Assembly: GCA_017654855.1 (NCBI GenBank)
Contig: CM030332.1
Coordinates: forward strand, 5,270,001 to 5,334,000
Reading direction: 5' to 3'
DNA from: Podospora anserina
Taxonomy: Eukaryota
Length of the DNA stretch: 64,000 nucleotides
Under the pieces are notes generated by a model. The model was not told the origin of the DNA. It made no database searches and saw only the letters and a list, made by a program, of their open reading frames with translations. Shown here one piece after another: positions 11,730 to 25,400 of this stretch. The position numbers and the translations under genes were made by a program. Numbering within the stretch: the first letter of the stretch is position 1; the number at the start of each line of letters is the position of its first letter.

Positions 11730-13061
11730 ATGTCAACAACAACCCCCTTCATCCCCACCTGGAACCCCAAACCCTTCCCAGGCATCTCCCTCTCCGCCGG
11801 TGGCCTCTTGGCGCTCGCAGACCTCCAAACGATAGCCAAACGCACCGCCATCACCGGCGGCGCCTCCTGGGCGGACGCCTTCCTCCTCGCCCCCGGCCTT
11901 CACTACCAGCAGGCAGCCGGGGATTTGTTCCGCAAAGGCGGTAGTGGTGGTGCTTCGGCCATAACCAAAATAGTAGATCAATCCTCCCCTGACAGAGAGG
12001 TGACCCTCCAGCTCAACAACGCCGCCACGGCAGAATACATCCAGTCGATCGCCAAGCCAGGACAAGAAGTGGTGCTTGATATTGGGCGGGTCAGGGAGAC
12101 AACAAGGGGGAAAAGGTATTTCTTGCGACGGAGCAACGGCGGGAGGAGTGCGGTTGCCTGGTCGGAGGAGGAAGAGGGGGTGGATGGAGGGTTGGGGTGG
12201 GTTTCGCACGTGTTATATCTCTCGACGCTGTTTTTGACAATGGGGACGATAGTAGTAGTTGTTCTCTTCAAAGATTGTCAGTCGCCCTTTTCTTTTTCCC
12301 TGCTGATTTAGCAAGAGCTGATGATGATAAAAGGGTGGTGCCTCATGTCTATACTGGGCTACATGACCTCCCGCCTGCTAAACATCTGCATTATCAAACG
12401 GCGGACCTCCCAGCAACCTAGAGATCCCTCCCCTTCCCGTTCCCCTAAGCAATCCAAAAGTGGCTCCCGCCATCGCAGTCGCAGCCGGGTGTCCGAGTAT
12501 GCACGCCGCGCAGCGACGTATCTTGTTTCTTTTGGTGATGATAATAAGACTGCTGTGAGGCTGAGGGGGAAGATGTCTGATCTTGGGGCGGTCACGTCTG
12601 ATGCTTGGTTGAGGAGTAAGACCAACGTCGAGGGGTACTTGGAAGCGACGGCGAAATTGATAGTATGGGTGGTGGCAGCCTTGTCAGGGAATATGACACA
12701 GGTGGGGAGTCTGATGATGATGGTGTTGTTGATATTGTCAGCGGGCTTGCTGGCGGTGAGTAATAGTCGAGCTGGAGGGGTGAGGGTTAATGGGCGGGTT
12801 GCGAAACTGGGAAAGGGGGATGTGGAACAGGGGGAGAAAAGAGGGGGCTTAGGGTCGACGACAAGTGTTGACAGTGTGGGGAGCGGAGATGGAAGAAGGA
12901 GGGGAAGGGGGGATGAGTGCAGGCCTGCTACTGCCGCTGTGGATTCGAGGGCGGGAGAGGACGGGGCGGATTCGGCGGAGAGAGGTGAGGCCGGGCATGG
13001 TGGCCAGGTGCGTGTTAAGTGGAAGGAAAGTTTGGAGCGGAGGCCGGATCAGCATGTGTAA
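11730..13061 (+). CDS. Hypothetical multi-pass membrane protein (2 exons)
   Basis: Exons 11730-12276 and 12334-13061. Intron GTCAGT..GCTGAT..AAG restores the frame (KD-W-WCLM). About 3-4 hydrophobic helices. Confidence 0.7.
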
Positions 13062-13605
13062 TTGGTGGGACTTTTGGCTGGTGATGGTGATCATCTTAGA
13101 CACCATCGAAACCCATGGAGGACGGTAGGTGAGCACGGGGTTGATATAAGGTTTGCAGACGAGAAACTGGACTTTCACCTATCTTCTTGGACGCAGGATT
13201 GTGGCGCCAGGGTAATAAGCGCAAGTGTGCATGGCTTTTGAAAGAGGTACATTGGAACATGCAGAGAAGTACCCTGTGTTATGGGACACTGTGTGGGAAA
13301 AGTGGCTGCCAAGTTCAGCTGTAGTGACAAGATACAATTGCAAGGCAAGCTAACAGGGGCGCGCTTATCGAGACCGCAGTAGAAAGCGTTGGCTAACCCA
13401 TTGACACCAGGCCGATATTTCAGCAGCCAACAACCTCGAATTTAGCGGTATAAAACATTGTGGCCACTGTGAAACGTAGCCCGGTCGAGCAGAACTGGCC
13501 TTCCAAGGCGGCTTCACCCGTCTGCTAGCTGGCCTCCCGCGGGCTGGCTATCGAGGCTCTCAACCTGTCAGAGCATCAAGTAAATGCATTAGATTGGCCC
13601 GTCAG

Positions 13606-14978
13606 CTAAACGGGCCCTATCCTGAAAGCGTCCTTTTGCACTATCCTTTCGTCCTTCATGATCTCCCAGAACTCTTGATTGTGCTTCTGAAGCTCCTCCT
13701 CCTCTTTCTCTGCGAATTCCACGTCTGGCTGTTCGAACGCGGCAATTGCGCTTTCCAGGGCTTTTTTCGGAAACCCGGTAGCGTTCAAGAGCGAGTCAAA
13801 TCTGGACTCGGGGGTTGCTAACGGGTCAAGCTGGGCCGCAAGGGTGTATGTCCGCTCTGCTTGCGAAGGCTTGACGATATGTACTGTCTTGGTGGGTTTG
13901 CCCGTTGGGAATGGCGAAACAAATACAACATTTGTGACGGCCGCGTTGGCATTGGCCAACTCTACCGGCGTCTTGTTCTTTTCCGAGATGTCCCACCTCA
14001 TGATCTGACCTCTTGGATGGCCCGTAAGAATGACTGTCCCGTCATAACTCATACTCAAGCAAGAGGCCGGCCCGAGCTCTGGTGGAGTTGCCCCAAAAGG
14101 TGACTCGATTTGTACCACGGTCGATGCCTCTTCTGATGACGGCCCGAGCAGAGGCTTCTCCCCGAACAGTTCTGTGACGAAAAGTGTGCCGTCCTCGCAG
14201 GACGCGCAAACAGCCCGCGATGAGGGGTCTAAGGAGACGCACAGAGGAAACTTGGGAAAGATGAGGGTCCGCAGGGCGTCGCCTGTTTGGTAATTCCAAA
14301 TGATGCAAGACTTGTCCTTGCTGGCTGACACGCAGAAGTTTGTGCTGGCACTAACACTTGAGTTTGCGGACAGGGCCGTGATGCCTGCCCTGTGGTTGGA
14401 AAGGCTCCTCTCCGGTTCCGGTTCGGCGGCTGAGTCCAGCTCCAGAAGCTGGGACATGGACCACACATGGATATCGGAGTCATCAGAGCCTGTGAGAATG
14501 TGCGTGGGCGTGGCAACCACGCAGGAAACTGCCTGAACGTGGCGCGCAGGAGTCGACACTAGTCGGCCAGTGCATGTCTGTTTGATAGTGGTCAGTATCA
14601 AATGAGAAGGGGGCGGTGGGCTGGGTTCATGGAAGTTCTCACCTCCCATAACATGAGACGCCCTTCAGCTGTGCCCATGATGAGAACATCGCCGGACAAG
14701 GTTACACATCGTATCCTTTCTGGAAAGGCAACAAATGCCTCCTGGTTTCCACGTAACCTCGAGTAGACGTGCACGTAAGCTTTGCCCTCCTGCGCAGCGA
14801 ACACATGCGTCTCGCTCACAGCAAGACAGTTCACTGGAACTGAGCTCTTTTTGAAGGTCGACTTGATGGAATAAGCTGGGCTCAGAGTATGAGTGTAGAT
14901 GCCGATATCTTTGGAGATGGCAGTGTTGGATGAGAGCGGAGGGCCGCAGATGGCCGACACAAATTCTTCCGACAGCAT
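13606..14978 (-). CDS. ipi3: Pre-rRNA-processing WD40 protein Ipi3 (Rix1 complex), 2 exons
   Basis: Exons 14978-14643 and 14577-13606; intron GTGAGA..CTGAC..CAG. WD repeats (GRLMLWE-TCTGRL, AHVQAVSC, LTGSDDSDIHVW, VSASKDKSCIIW) and a short C-terminal coiled coil. Confidence 0.88.
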
Positions 14979-15408
14979 CTTCCCCTTTCTCTCTGGTGGA
15001 AGCAAGAGAGGTCTATCCCCTTGCGTCGACCTCGTTGTGTCGGTGAGCTGCTTCTCGTTTTCCTTCCCGTCCCACACCAGAACCCGGGCAGCCGTTTCAG
15101 AGAATTGCGCAACGAGCCAACCACGAGGGGAAATAACGTCGTCCAGTTCTTGCGGTCTCGAGTGACGCCAAATGACGGGCAGCCGTCAGTTGAAATTCCG
15201 GCCGGTGAGTGCAGCTGGTAGCACGAACCCACTTGTGTATCGCCGTGAGACAATCACGCCCTTGGTTCGCCTCGGATCAGACCACGGAATCAGAAAAGAA
15301 GAAAGCAACAGTGAACCGGCCGCAAGATGGAGATATTTTTGAAAATCGGACGCCACTATTGACGTGTGTGGGGTGGTGATCAGTGTGATATCCGTCGCCC
15401 TGTGAGGT

Positions 15409-15417
15409 TGAAATTTT
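15409..15417. promoter_or_regulatory. RRPE-like element (TGAAATTTT) upstream of ipi3
   Basis: Resembles the ribosomal RNA processing element of yeast ribosome-biogenesis promoters. About 430 bp upstream of the ipi3 ATG, next to a poly-T tract. Confidence 0.35.
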
Positions 15418-16389
15418 GCCCATATTCTTTTTTTTTTTTTTTTTTGCTTGCTTTTCCCATGCCTGCTACCTTTTAGCGTAGCAGCAGCTTCGGGAATTTA
15501 GCGCCACGAAGGCGCACTGACCTCTGTGGGGGATCTCAGGGACCCAGGCACCCAGGATCCCCAGTCGATTCCGTGTCGATCTCAGCCGCAAGGGAAGTTC
15601 GTCTGGGGGGTTCACGGGTGCGGGGGTAAGCGCTGTAACCCTGGATCGCGGTTTTCAGTCTGGGGGTTTAGTTCATCTGAATGATGGGTTTGGATGTGTA
15701 TATTTCGTCTCGTCTGTTTGCCACCCTCAACTCAAAGATCAGGGTTTTATGATCAGAGTCTCTTTTTTTTCTTCTTTTTTTTTTTTTTTGCGCGGTGATC
15801 GTTGCCTTTTTTATGCCTTCATGCACCCTTTCGCCAGTCTGATTTGGCATAGGTAAGCCACGGCTCATGCAGCTCTTCGTTGTCGGCTTGCAGCAGCATC
15901 CTGCTTTTCTGGAGGATGCATCTGACATGGCCACTGACGGGAGATAGCACCAGCCATCTATCTGCCACCAGTCACCCGACAGACAGCGCCAATGACGGAA
16001 GAGAAGCGCTGCATGTTTTGATCTGAAGCAATTCATGGACTGGCGCCCCCTGCATCAGATAGACGCAAGGCCGTATCTCAGCTGGCAACTGAACCTGTTC
16101 GGGAAGCCGACAGATGGGCAGCATGAACCCACAGTCCGGTCTCCGAGTCTCGTCGTCATATCTCCATTGTGACCTGTCTCAATCTGGAATCTTGCTTTCT
16201 TTTCCACGTCGTGTGTGGTGTGTGGTGCAAAAGGTGCTTCCCGACGGCAGGCACGGTTGCATTGTATCGACCACCTCATGATGAGTGCCCATCAAGACTT
16301 ATACGAGACGTGGTCCAGGGCCAGGACCACGTAGCTCTCGCCTCTCCTACTCCCATCGCCGACCACCGCTTGGCTCCCCTGCGACTTCC

Positions 16390-18807
16390 ATGTCGGACCC
16401 CGAATTGGCGGTTACACTGGTTCCTGCCTCCCGCAGCTTCATAGCGCACGAGCACGCTCCGTACCAGGCAAGCGTTACCAAGGGCAGGGCACGAAGCAGG
16501 GCAAGAAGCAGGAGCACGCACACGAGCACGCACACGAGGAGCTCCAGTCTCGGATCGTCTGCACAGGGGACTCCCCCACGGCGATCAGTCTCGAGCATGA
16601 AAATACTTTTCCCCTTGACTCTCTCCCCAACTTTGCAGACGCAGACACCCACCGATCCCATGGATTCGTCCACCACGTCCAATGCAGAGTCGATCTGTTC
16701 TTCAGCCAGTACCAACGAGATGGACCACATCCATAATGAACCCCTGGCCGACTGCAACTTACCCGAGATGCTCGTGCGGGACCTCGAGACCTCTGAAGTT
16801 GTGTTTAGGACAAAGTCCATGACTGCTGGCTGCCCGTCTGCCGCTTTTGCAACATCCAGCGAAGATGAACACGGCGATGAGGAGGACGCAGGGGGCAAAA
16901 GCGAGTCTACCGACTCCTTGAGCATGGCATCCAGCGGCATGGACCCGCCGCCCTCCATTCGGGTGCGAGGGCATTCAGTCACCACAGCAGCTACCTCAGT
17001 ATCCGGTCGACGCTCTTCGTCATTCTCACAGAAAGCCCACTCGCAATCTTCCCCCTCCACGCCACCTTCTTCACCAGCGATGGCCCAGAACCATCATGGA
17101 ACTTGGTTCGATGCGGACGGGGAGGGTGACGCCACCATCAGCTCGAGAATCCAGGGGCCGTCCCAAGATGTCCAGAGTCTTACTGGCGGACACAGTAGCG
17201 ATATCAACTCGTTTTCCTACAACGACGGGATGAAAAGACAAACCGAAGCTATTGCCTATCACCTTCGTCCGAACAGCCCCAACTCTTACGAGCGACCTTG
17301 CACGCCCAGCAGTCAAATCAGTCAGTTGGTTCGAGAGAGGCCACGGTTAGTCAACATTCCGCCTACTGCCATCCCCAAACGAAAGTCGTCACTTAATAGG
17401 GGCCACGTTCGCACAATGTCGGGTAGTTCAGTGGCGCCGAGCAATCATGAAATTCTCCGGAGGACGTCGGTGGGGCAGTTGGCACCTTCTGCTAGCATGC
17501 AAGTGCTTGGGCCTCGAAATGGTGAGAGATATGGGGAGAGTTCACGTCCGCCTTCAAGAGGTCGAGATGGCAATGGCCACGTGCACGCTCGCCGGTCAAA
17601 CGGCGCTTTCTTTCCTGACAATCTCAGTGAAAATGTCTTTTTGGATGACGACGAGGAAATACGCGCGACAGGTGTCTATGATCAGCCAGTTCAGACCAAG
17701 CCACACACGCATTCTCTCAACGGAAGGACCTCTGGTGGCCCAGCTACCAATATCCAGGAGATCCAACGCACCACGCATTCGACGGCGTCATACACAACGC
17801 CCGGCATTCCTCTGCCACCCGACGTACTCGAGGTCCTGCGGGTTTCGGTCTCTTGTTTCCCAGAAACGATGCTCACTACCTCCAGTCTGACAGTCGATAA
17901 TATCCGGACATATTCGAGAAAACTTCGTCATGGAGGAATGCCAGATTGCGACTTCATGAGCGACGATCAGTCATTGTTTTCCTCCGGGGACAACAGCCTG
18001 AAGCCGCGGCCATCAAGGAAGTGGAAGCTGAATTGGTTCGGACAAAGTCATAAGCTTACTAAACATCAACAACACGGACGCCAGCAAACCCAGTTGCTCT
18101 CTGGAGGCTCGGAGGATGTCGATGCTCTTGGACAAGTTCGGTCTCCCAGGAAGACTACAGAGGCTTCATGGAGGCCCATCAGGGCTATTTTCCCTTTCGG
18201 ATCCGACTACCTCTGTGATGCTCTCTACGCACACGTACTGGCCTACAACTACATTAGCACGTTATGCCCCCCACCTCCAGTGTCATCACTACGCCAACAA
18301 GCGCCAGGATCAGCGGGCCATCGTCCTTCTGGCTCGTCTTCTGACGACCCAAATAGCAAAACCAGAGTGCCCAAGAAGGCAGCCAGTGTCCTCGGCATGC
18401 AGGATGATAACGCCCATAACAACAGACCAACAACACCTAGCAGCGGTCCGCATCACCGACGCAGCAGATCGCACAGATTTCTGAGCCGGGATAGTCATGG
18501 AAGAGGCTCGCTCAAATCGAGAGGCAGCACTGCTTCTGGGTTGGAGGGCAACGACAACAGCAACAGCAATGGCAACAATGCCGTGGCCTCCGGAATGCGA
18601 GAATTACACGCTGGGCTGGCCAAATGTATTGCGTTGCTTGTTTCGACACTGAAGAAGACCGAGGCGGGTGACTTGCAAGGAGTTGAGAGTGGCGGAGATG
18701 CCAACACGCTTCTTATCAGGGAGAGGGAGGTGCATGATGAGTCGGGCGCGGTGGATGTACTCTTACTGCGAGCGCTCTGTGAGGTGGTGAGAATCTCCGA
18801 GGCATAA
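16390..18807 (+). CDS. Ser/Arg-rich largely disordered hypothetical protein
   Basis: Uninterrupted ORF; the track start at 16285 is GTG and the first in-frame ATG is 16390. Ordered-looking islands PLPPDVLEVLRVSVSCFPETML, CDALYAHVLAYNYI, LLRALCEVVRISE. Confidence 0.8.
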   Translation: MSDPELAVTLVPASRSFIAHEHAPYQASVTKGRARSRARSRSTHTSTHTRSSSLGSSAQGTPPRRSVSSMKILFPLTLSPTLQTQTPTDPMDSSTTSNAESICSSASTNEMDHIHNEPLADCNLPEMLVRDLETSEVVFRTKSMTAGCPSAAFATSSEDEHGDEEDAGGKSESTDSLSMASSGMDPPPSIRVRGHSVTTAATSVSGRRSSSFSQKAHSQSSPSTPPSSPAMAQNHHGTWFDADGEGDATISSRIQGPSQDVQSLTGGHSSDINSFSYNDGMKRQTEAIAYHLRPNSPNSYERPCTPSSQISQLVRERPRLVNIPPTAIPKRKSSLNRGHVRTMSGSSVAPSNHEILRRTSVGQLAPSASMQVLGPRNGERYGESSRPPSRGRDGNGHVHARRSNGAFFPDNLSENVFLDDDEEIRATGVYDQPVQTKPHTHSLNGRTSGGPATNIQEIQRTTHSTASYTTPGIPLPPDVLEVLRVSVSCFPETMLTTSSLTVDNIRTYSRKLRHGGMPDCDFMSDDQSLFSSGDNSLKPRPSRKWKLNWFGQSHKLTKHQQHGRQQTQLLSGGSEDVDALGQVRSPRKTTEASWRPIRAIFPFGSDYLCDALYAHVLAYNYISTLCPPPPVSSLRQQAPGSAGHRPSGSSSDDPNSKTRVPKKAASVLGMQDDNAHNNRPTTPSSGPHHRRSRSHRFLSRDSHGRGSLKSRGSTASGLEGNDNSNSNGNNAVASGMRELHAGLAKCIALLVSTLKKTEAGDLQGVESGGDANTLLIREREVHDESGAVDVLLLRALCEVVRISEA

Positions 18808-19628
18808 CGATGTTTGGTTGTATTTGTGATGGATTTAATGTTTAACGAGGTGTTGACAGACGGTGTGGACTGGCAGGAGGTATTTTGGCGGCGCAGGTTG
18901 CTACTTGGGTTGGGTGGTCATGTATGGGTGGGCGGGTTTTATATGCTTGATAATACCCCTTTGTGACGGTGGTATGAAAAAAAGGGAAAGGAGTCATATG
19001 TACAATAACTTGTGCTTCGGCCTCATAATAATGCTGTATTTGATGTCCCCACATTGTTCGTTTCTTGCTTGTTGATTCTGGAAGGCACAGATCGAAAGCT
19101 GCCAAGCAACCACCTGCAGGGGGACAGGCTCTTTCCATTTTTGGATCAAGCGGGTGAGCGGGGATGGAGGGACATTTCCACCACACCTCCACCACACCTC
19201 CACAAACCCACAAACTATTTTGACCGTCTGATTTCTTAACCTCCGAACTCACTCGGAGGCCAAGACCGAGTCTGACAACCACCTCCGGACCCCACCGCTC
19301 GGATCCGCTCCGTGACACCCCTTTTCCGACCTATGCTGCCGGCCCGTCCCTTCTAACTGCCGAGTGATTTCGGACGAAGTGAACAGACACGCAACGCCCG
19401 AGGTTCACAACTGTATTAGCAGCTTGGGACGCGGTGCTACGGTGAGAAACGCGCTCACTTGGAAACTTGCCGTGGAGCACTCGGAGGATTTGCTATTGGA
19501 GGTTGGATTAGAAAGAGGAACCGTTCTTGAGTTTGGGTCACGCTTGTCCTCTTCATCCTCTTTTCTCATTTGACCGGTGGCCGCCCCCTTTTTTTTTTTC
19601 GTTGATCCGGTGCCCTGCAGCAAAGAAA

Positions 19629-22444
19629 ATGGAGACAGCCGGAGAGCAGAACATCCCCGCGAGTGCTCGGCCTCGGGTAACGAATGCTTGTGAGGCATGT
19701 CGGTCGGCCAAGGTTAAGTGCATGGCCAGTAATCAGTTGGGGATATGTAAGAGGTAGGTTTTTTTTTCTTTTCTTTTTCTTGTCGGGTAGGGGGAGGGGA
19801 AGGGGTGTATAAAGGGTTGAGTTGTCATATTTGTCTCCCCCCCCCCCAGACCGTACACACACATTGTGAGATATGTGTATGTGTCTTTGATCAGGAAATC
19901 ACTTGTTCTTGTTTGCAATATAGATGATTAACAGTTGTTCTTGTGTGTGTTAGATGCCTGGATTCCAAAAGAGAGTGCATCTTCAAAACTGGACCTCGAA
20001 CTCGACGGCCGAAACAGTCGAAAAGGTATGATATTCTTTTTTATACCAGGTCATACCCGACAAGTAAAAGTTCCCTACCGGATATTTCCAAGTTATTCAT
20101 CTGTTGACATCACCTTTTTTTTCTCGCTCACATAAAGATCCCAATCCTCCACCGACCCAACCACCTCCACAACCGCCCCCCCTCCCCTCCCACCACCACC
20201 CGGCCCCTCCAAAACCTTCACAATCGACATCCCCATGCCCGCCGACGACGACGTAACCGACAGCTTCGAGGTCCTCCGCCTGGCCCACGAGTCCACACTC
20301 AACAACTTGGTTCCCCACCTCTCCTCAGGCGAAGAAGACCAAGAAGATGAACCCATCTACGACTACGACTACGACAAGAACGCCAACATGGATTGGCTCA
20401 ACACCGAGCAGGCCTCCAACTGCGGCTCGGTCATCTCCTCCCATGCCTCCTCCCTTCCGATAGGGGCTTCGGCATTGTCCACCCCGCCAAGCAGCACCAC
20501 CACCGCTGCTACCACTGGCACGAGATCCAAGCAGAAGAGCAGAATGGTGGCTAGCTTGGGGCTGCAGCCGCAGTTCAACGTTGATTCGGCGGGCAAGTTA
20601 CTGCAGACGTTTACGGGGGTGATGTTGAATCACTTTCACTGTTTGGTTATTGATCCTGAGCGGGACACGGTGGCGAGTTTGGCGAAGGAGAGACCGTTCG
20701 TTTTGCTTGCTGTGCTGGCGGCGGCGAGCGGGAGTCGGACGCTGCAGGGGCACAGTTTGTATGATGAGGAGTTTAGGAAGATTTTGGGCTTGAAGTTTGT
20801 GGCTGGGGGGGAGAGGAGTTTGGAGCTGTTGCAGGGGTTGGTGGTTTACATTGCTTGGTTAGTCTTTCGTGAGGACGGTTGGTGGGAGCGCTGACATGGG
20901 ACAGGTATCCGTTTCATTTGCGGCCAAAGAACAAGCAGGCGTACCAGTATATACGTATGGCGGTGGACATTGTCTTTGATCTGGAACTCAACGAAGACCC
21001 GGGGACGGACCGGGTTGATGTCCCGCCCACCGAGGCGAGGTTGGAGGAGATAAGGACGTATGCGGCTTGTTATTATCTCGCTTCGTCGTAGGTTTTCCTG
21101 CCCTGAACCTTCTCGTTGGCAGGAATCTGACACGGTCACCAGATTCGCCGCCACGTGGGGCCGCACCCCAACTCTAGCCTACAACACCTACACCGCCCAC
21201 TGCTGCGAAATGCTCTCCCGCCACAGCCCCCTCAAAGGCGACCAGGTTCTGGTCTGGCAGGTCAGACTTCAGCGGCTGGTGGAGGAAACCAACGATCTCC
21301 GCCGGACTCAGAGGGGTGGCGCGCATTCCCAACAAAGTGAATACCAAATCAACCTCATGATACGAGGAATGGAGACGCAACTCAAAGAGTGGGAGGCGTG
21401 CATGAGCCGCGAGCTTAAAAACACTCGTGAGTCGTTTTAGTGCTTCCCCGATACCAAACTCACCCAACCTCTGGCTCGCCGGGTACACCACCCAACCCTA
21501 TCCCTCACCGCTGTCCACCCCCTTCCCCATGCCGCCCAGATGCTAACCCCGCCCCAGCATCCCTCCGCATCCTCCTCCTCTTCACCCCCCTCTTCCTCTC
21601 CGGCGCCCCCCTCCTCAAGCTCCCCTCCGCAAAACTAACCCCCCTCCTCGACCCCTCCCAAACAACCTTCCGCGCCGACGCCTCCAAGCTCTCCTCTCTG
21701 ATCCCCACCCTCCGCGAGTTCTACTCCTACTTTTTGTCCCTCCCCGCCCAGGAAATAAACGCCTTCATGGGACAAGAATGGGGCTCCTTCATCCTCGTCA
21801 TCATCCTCGGCTTCAGGATGTGTTTCCCCATGGCCATCTGTCCCGATTGGGACGACAAGCTGGCGCGAGAGAGGATAGGGATGGGGGAGTTTTTGGGAAA
21901 GATGTGTGGTGATGCCGCCGGGGAAGAGGGGGGAAAGGGGAAGGGTACGTCTATGGATGTTTTGAGTGCTAGCAGGATTGTGCTGGGGGTGGTGAAGAAG
22001 AAGTTTGATAGACGGGTTCAGAGGGTGGAGCGGGAGCAGAGGGAGGAGCAGGAGAGGCAGACGGGGTTGATTGGGCGGGTTGTGGAGGGGTTGGGGTTGG
22101 GGTTGGGGGGTGGAGGAGGGGGGCAGGTAGCGGGCGGAGGAGGAGGAGGAGGAGGAGGACATGATGGTAGTATTGGGGGTTGTCCTATGATGGATGGGAG
22201 TATGGAGGGGTATTATGCTTATTGGGACGAGACGTTTGCTGATACTGCGGGACTGGGAGGCGGTGGGTTTCAGGGTCCGAATGTTGGACCTATGGGGGGG
22301 GGAGGGACGACGACAACGACGACGATGACGGGGGGGATACCGCAGCAACAGCAGACGATGCCGCAGGTGAGTGGTGATCTTTGGGGTACGATGACTATGG
22401 CTTGGACGCAGGGGGGGATGACTTTTGATGGGATGGGGCAGTAG
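19629..22444 (+). CDS. Zn(II)2Cys6 fungal transcription factor (6 exons)
   Basis: Exons 19629-19753, 19954-20025, 20138-20857, 20905-21087, 21143-21426, 21558-22444, all GT-AG and in frame. Splicing rebuilds CEACRSAKVKCMASNQLGICKRCLDSKREC; fungal TF middle-homology segment SLELLQGLVVYIAWYPFH. Confidence 0.9.
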
Positions 22445-25400
22445 GTGTTTGTGGTCATATATTTGTTCATAAGATCTTGATGTAGGGTTGGTTGATACGT
22501 TAACTGAAGACGTGTTTTCTTTTCTGTTTCGAACTCGAGGGAGAATCAACAAATTTGAATTCGGACACGGCTCAAATGATGGTCTGATATTGCCTTCGGA
22601 ACACCTGGGCCAAATCTGTTTGTTAGCGTTGCATGCGAATCAGGAGGCATGCCAAGTGTGTGACAGCTGCCTCGATTGCTGAGCACTGCCTGCCGTTTCG
22701 TCCACCGCGTGGCTCTGAATATTGCAGACTCAAAGGCATGTGATGAATGGCTCGAGACCCTGAAGCCACTGGATATGTTGTCCCGCAAACTTCCACCTCA
22801 GTGGCAAGTCAGTCCTCGTCATCAAAGTGATGAACTTTTACACTGTCAGCCAATCAACGCCCACGCCCACCTTTGCTACAAGTTTATACCACGCAAGTGT
22901 AAACGTCAACACGCTCATCTCCCAAACCTATAAAAACCCCCTTGATCCAATACTCGCCCAAACCGATGACCCTTAGCACCGGGCAGTACTCCTCATTTTA
23001 ACACTAGTCCGAGCCTCTCACTTCCTTTTCCATCAGGAACCAAAAACCACAGATAAGAGCCCGCCTCCCACGTCCGGGTCCCCAGAACATGTGACCCGCA
23101 ACCCACGCAGGTCATTGACGTGAGCGGGATCTCTCCAATAAACTGGACCTTCTCCACGCGGGATGATCACTGCATTTTCGTTGGGTGGGAATTTCCCTCC
23201 TCCTTGAAATTGGTTGGGCAGGAATTTCCCTTCAGCCCACCTTACAGAGAGAGAGAGGTGCCGTCCTCGGGTTAAATGAAATGGCGAAAATAGGAAACGA
23301 TAAACTCTCCCAAACCGGTCAACTGTAATAAAACGGATCACAAAACGGTGATAACACCCCTTGCCCTGACCTTGCAAGAAAAAGAAAAAAGAAAAAAAGG
23401 AAAAAAGCCGAAAGACGGTGTTCGCGCCAACAGATCTGCAAGAAGCTTGTCTCGGCTCCGTGGTCAATGCGTTTTGGGCGATGACAGGAACGTTTGCAAA
23501 AGAACGTTGCCCCCTTGCCGGCAAGCCCGACCCCTTGCTGCCCCACTCGGTTCCCCCCTTTCTCGATCGTCCCTCGCCTCCCCGCGCTTGCGATAGAACT
23601 AGGCTCCGAGGCAGGGGTTTGGATCACGACGACAAGGTCCCAAAACAGATCGATTTCTGGCCTTGTGATATCTTGACCTTTATGTGACAAGATGCTCCCC
23701 CATCCACGTTCTCATCAGCTAGTTCCGTTGGGAGCCGTACCCGGGGCCCCGGTGCTCGTCACGTCAGTCGCACTGTTCGCGGGTCTTTTTTTTTCTCTGG
23801 AGTTTCGTTGCTAAATTAAATGAACCTAGTTGTTGAACATGAAGATCAAACCCCAAACAGTGGCATCGAAAACGTGGTGTGATACTTGCCTTGGTAAGCC
23901 TACCGGTCAGCAAGACTCTGACTGGAGCGAGTACCCCAGGTCTCACCAGCTTCTGGACTTTTTAAAAAAAAAAAAAGAAATAGGCTAGCCTGCGGTCGGT
24001 GGTGTGGCATTCCTCCTGCTCCTGGTTCAGGGATCTTCGAATCCCGCGATTTTGACGGGTATGCATGCTGGAAAGAAGCCGGAGCCACTTAGGTACCGTA
24101 GCCAGATTGTACTTGTAGGTCTGACAATGGGGGCACGATGCAGGCGGAGGGGAAGGGGAGAAGAGGGGACCGAAGCAAGCCACCACTACCACACCATCAC
24201 CTACTCTCCGAGGGACACTGGAGCCCTGGACCTACGCAGCCCGTCCTCCTCCACCCCACCATCTTGGGGTGGTGTGAGAAACCCTCGCTTTGCGGCGGGA
24301 TTGCGACTGGATCAGGAAGCCAGTTTTCGCTGGGCCTTGAGACATTGCTTGCGCGTGACCATCAAGCCCATCTCGATGAGCAAGGCCGCCGAAATATTGG
24401 GTTCTGCCACGTTGGGAGCCATCTCAACCCCGCAGCGGACAAGGTGGTAAATAAGGGTGTAAGGCAGCCCAGCCGTCTCGGACAGGATTCCGTGCGGTTC
24501 ATCCTCCATCCACGAGCCTCAGTCAGCATGAATCTCTTTCCGTCTGGTGTGACAAAAGTCGCGGGGATAAAGTTGGGGCCCCGCGATTGGTGACGAGGCG
24601 AGAGTCCTGGGTGACGCGATGTCCAGCTATGTGAGAGATCTTGGTTGCCGCCGAAAATGACCGTGTATTGATATGGGCCTATATAAGTCATGGTGTGAGG
24701 CTGAAGGTTGTAAGCATACTTCTACGTGTCGCTCGGCAGCTTGCACCGTCGACGCGCCTCGACGACGATCGTGCACAGTGATATCAGCCTGTTTGCCCTT
24801 GACCTGTTGGTCGTCTGAAGTTGCTCCTCAATGCCACCGGAGTGACTGAAGTGGGAAGCGGCCGCTTGGCGTCGCTCGATTCGAAGAAGGCTATCTCGAA
24901 GAAACATGTGCATCTGCAGAGCAAAGCGCAGGCCGAACGCCATTGGGCGTATCTTGATCACTGCCCTCGGCGTGATGCAGTGCTTCCCTGCTTACCATGC
25001 CGGCTCGGGAATGGGCCCCAGCATCGTCGTGCATCTTCGCATTCAGCCAGCAGGCACCGAGGAGGTCCAGGTGGATGTCAGTCGTGTGTGATGGCGTCCT
25101 TCTTTAACCCTTGAGAAGTGTGGAATCATCTGGTTTCATTCGATGCGACCCTGTTCATTCCGGTTCCCGCACGTACGGCCGGCAGGTGTAGAAGACGAGT
25201 TAAGAGTTTTACATTGTCGGGTGCCGAGAATCCGGGAGGTCAGCTTTCAGGAATGTTGACCGTGATCTCATGTACTGAGACACTCAACTTACCTTATCCT
25301 CGCCAGAAGCAAAAGATGTTTGGGTGGGACGCGACTCGGGCTGTTTCTGGCCTGGGCACGTTCCACCTAGTCCCGCTTGCTGTGGGTCCTCCAAACATAA

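Noticed and set aside
13317-13580. SRP-RNA-like fragments (GCTGTAGTG; CAGG..AGCAG) and several small hairpins between two convergent genes
   Set aside because: The putative helix 8 does not pair, the spacing is wrong and no Pol III terminator follows. An Rfam cmscan would settle it.
14979-15077. In-frame upstream extension of ipi3 in the ORF track
   Set aside because: Starts at a non-ATG codon; the conserved-looking protein begins at ATG 14978.
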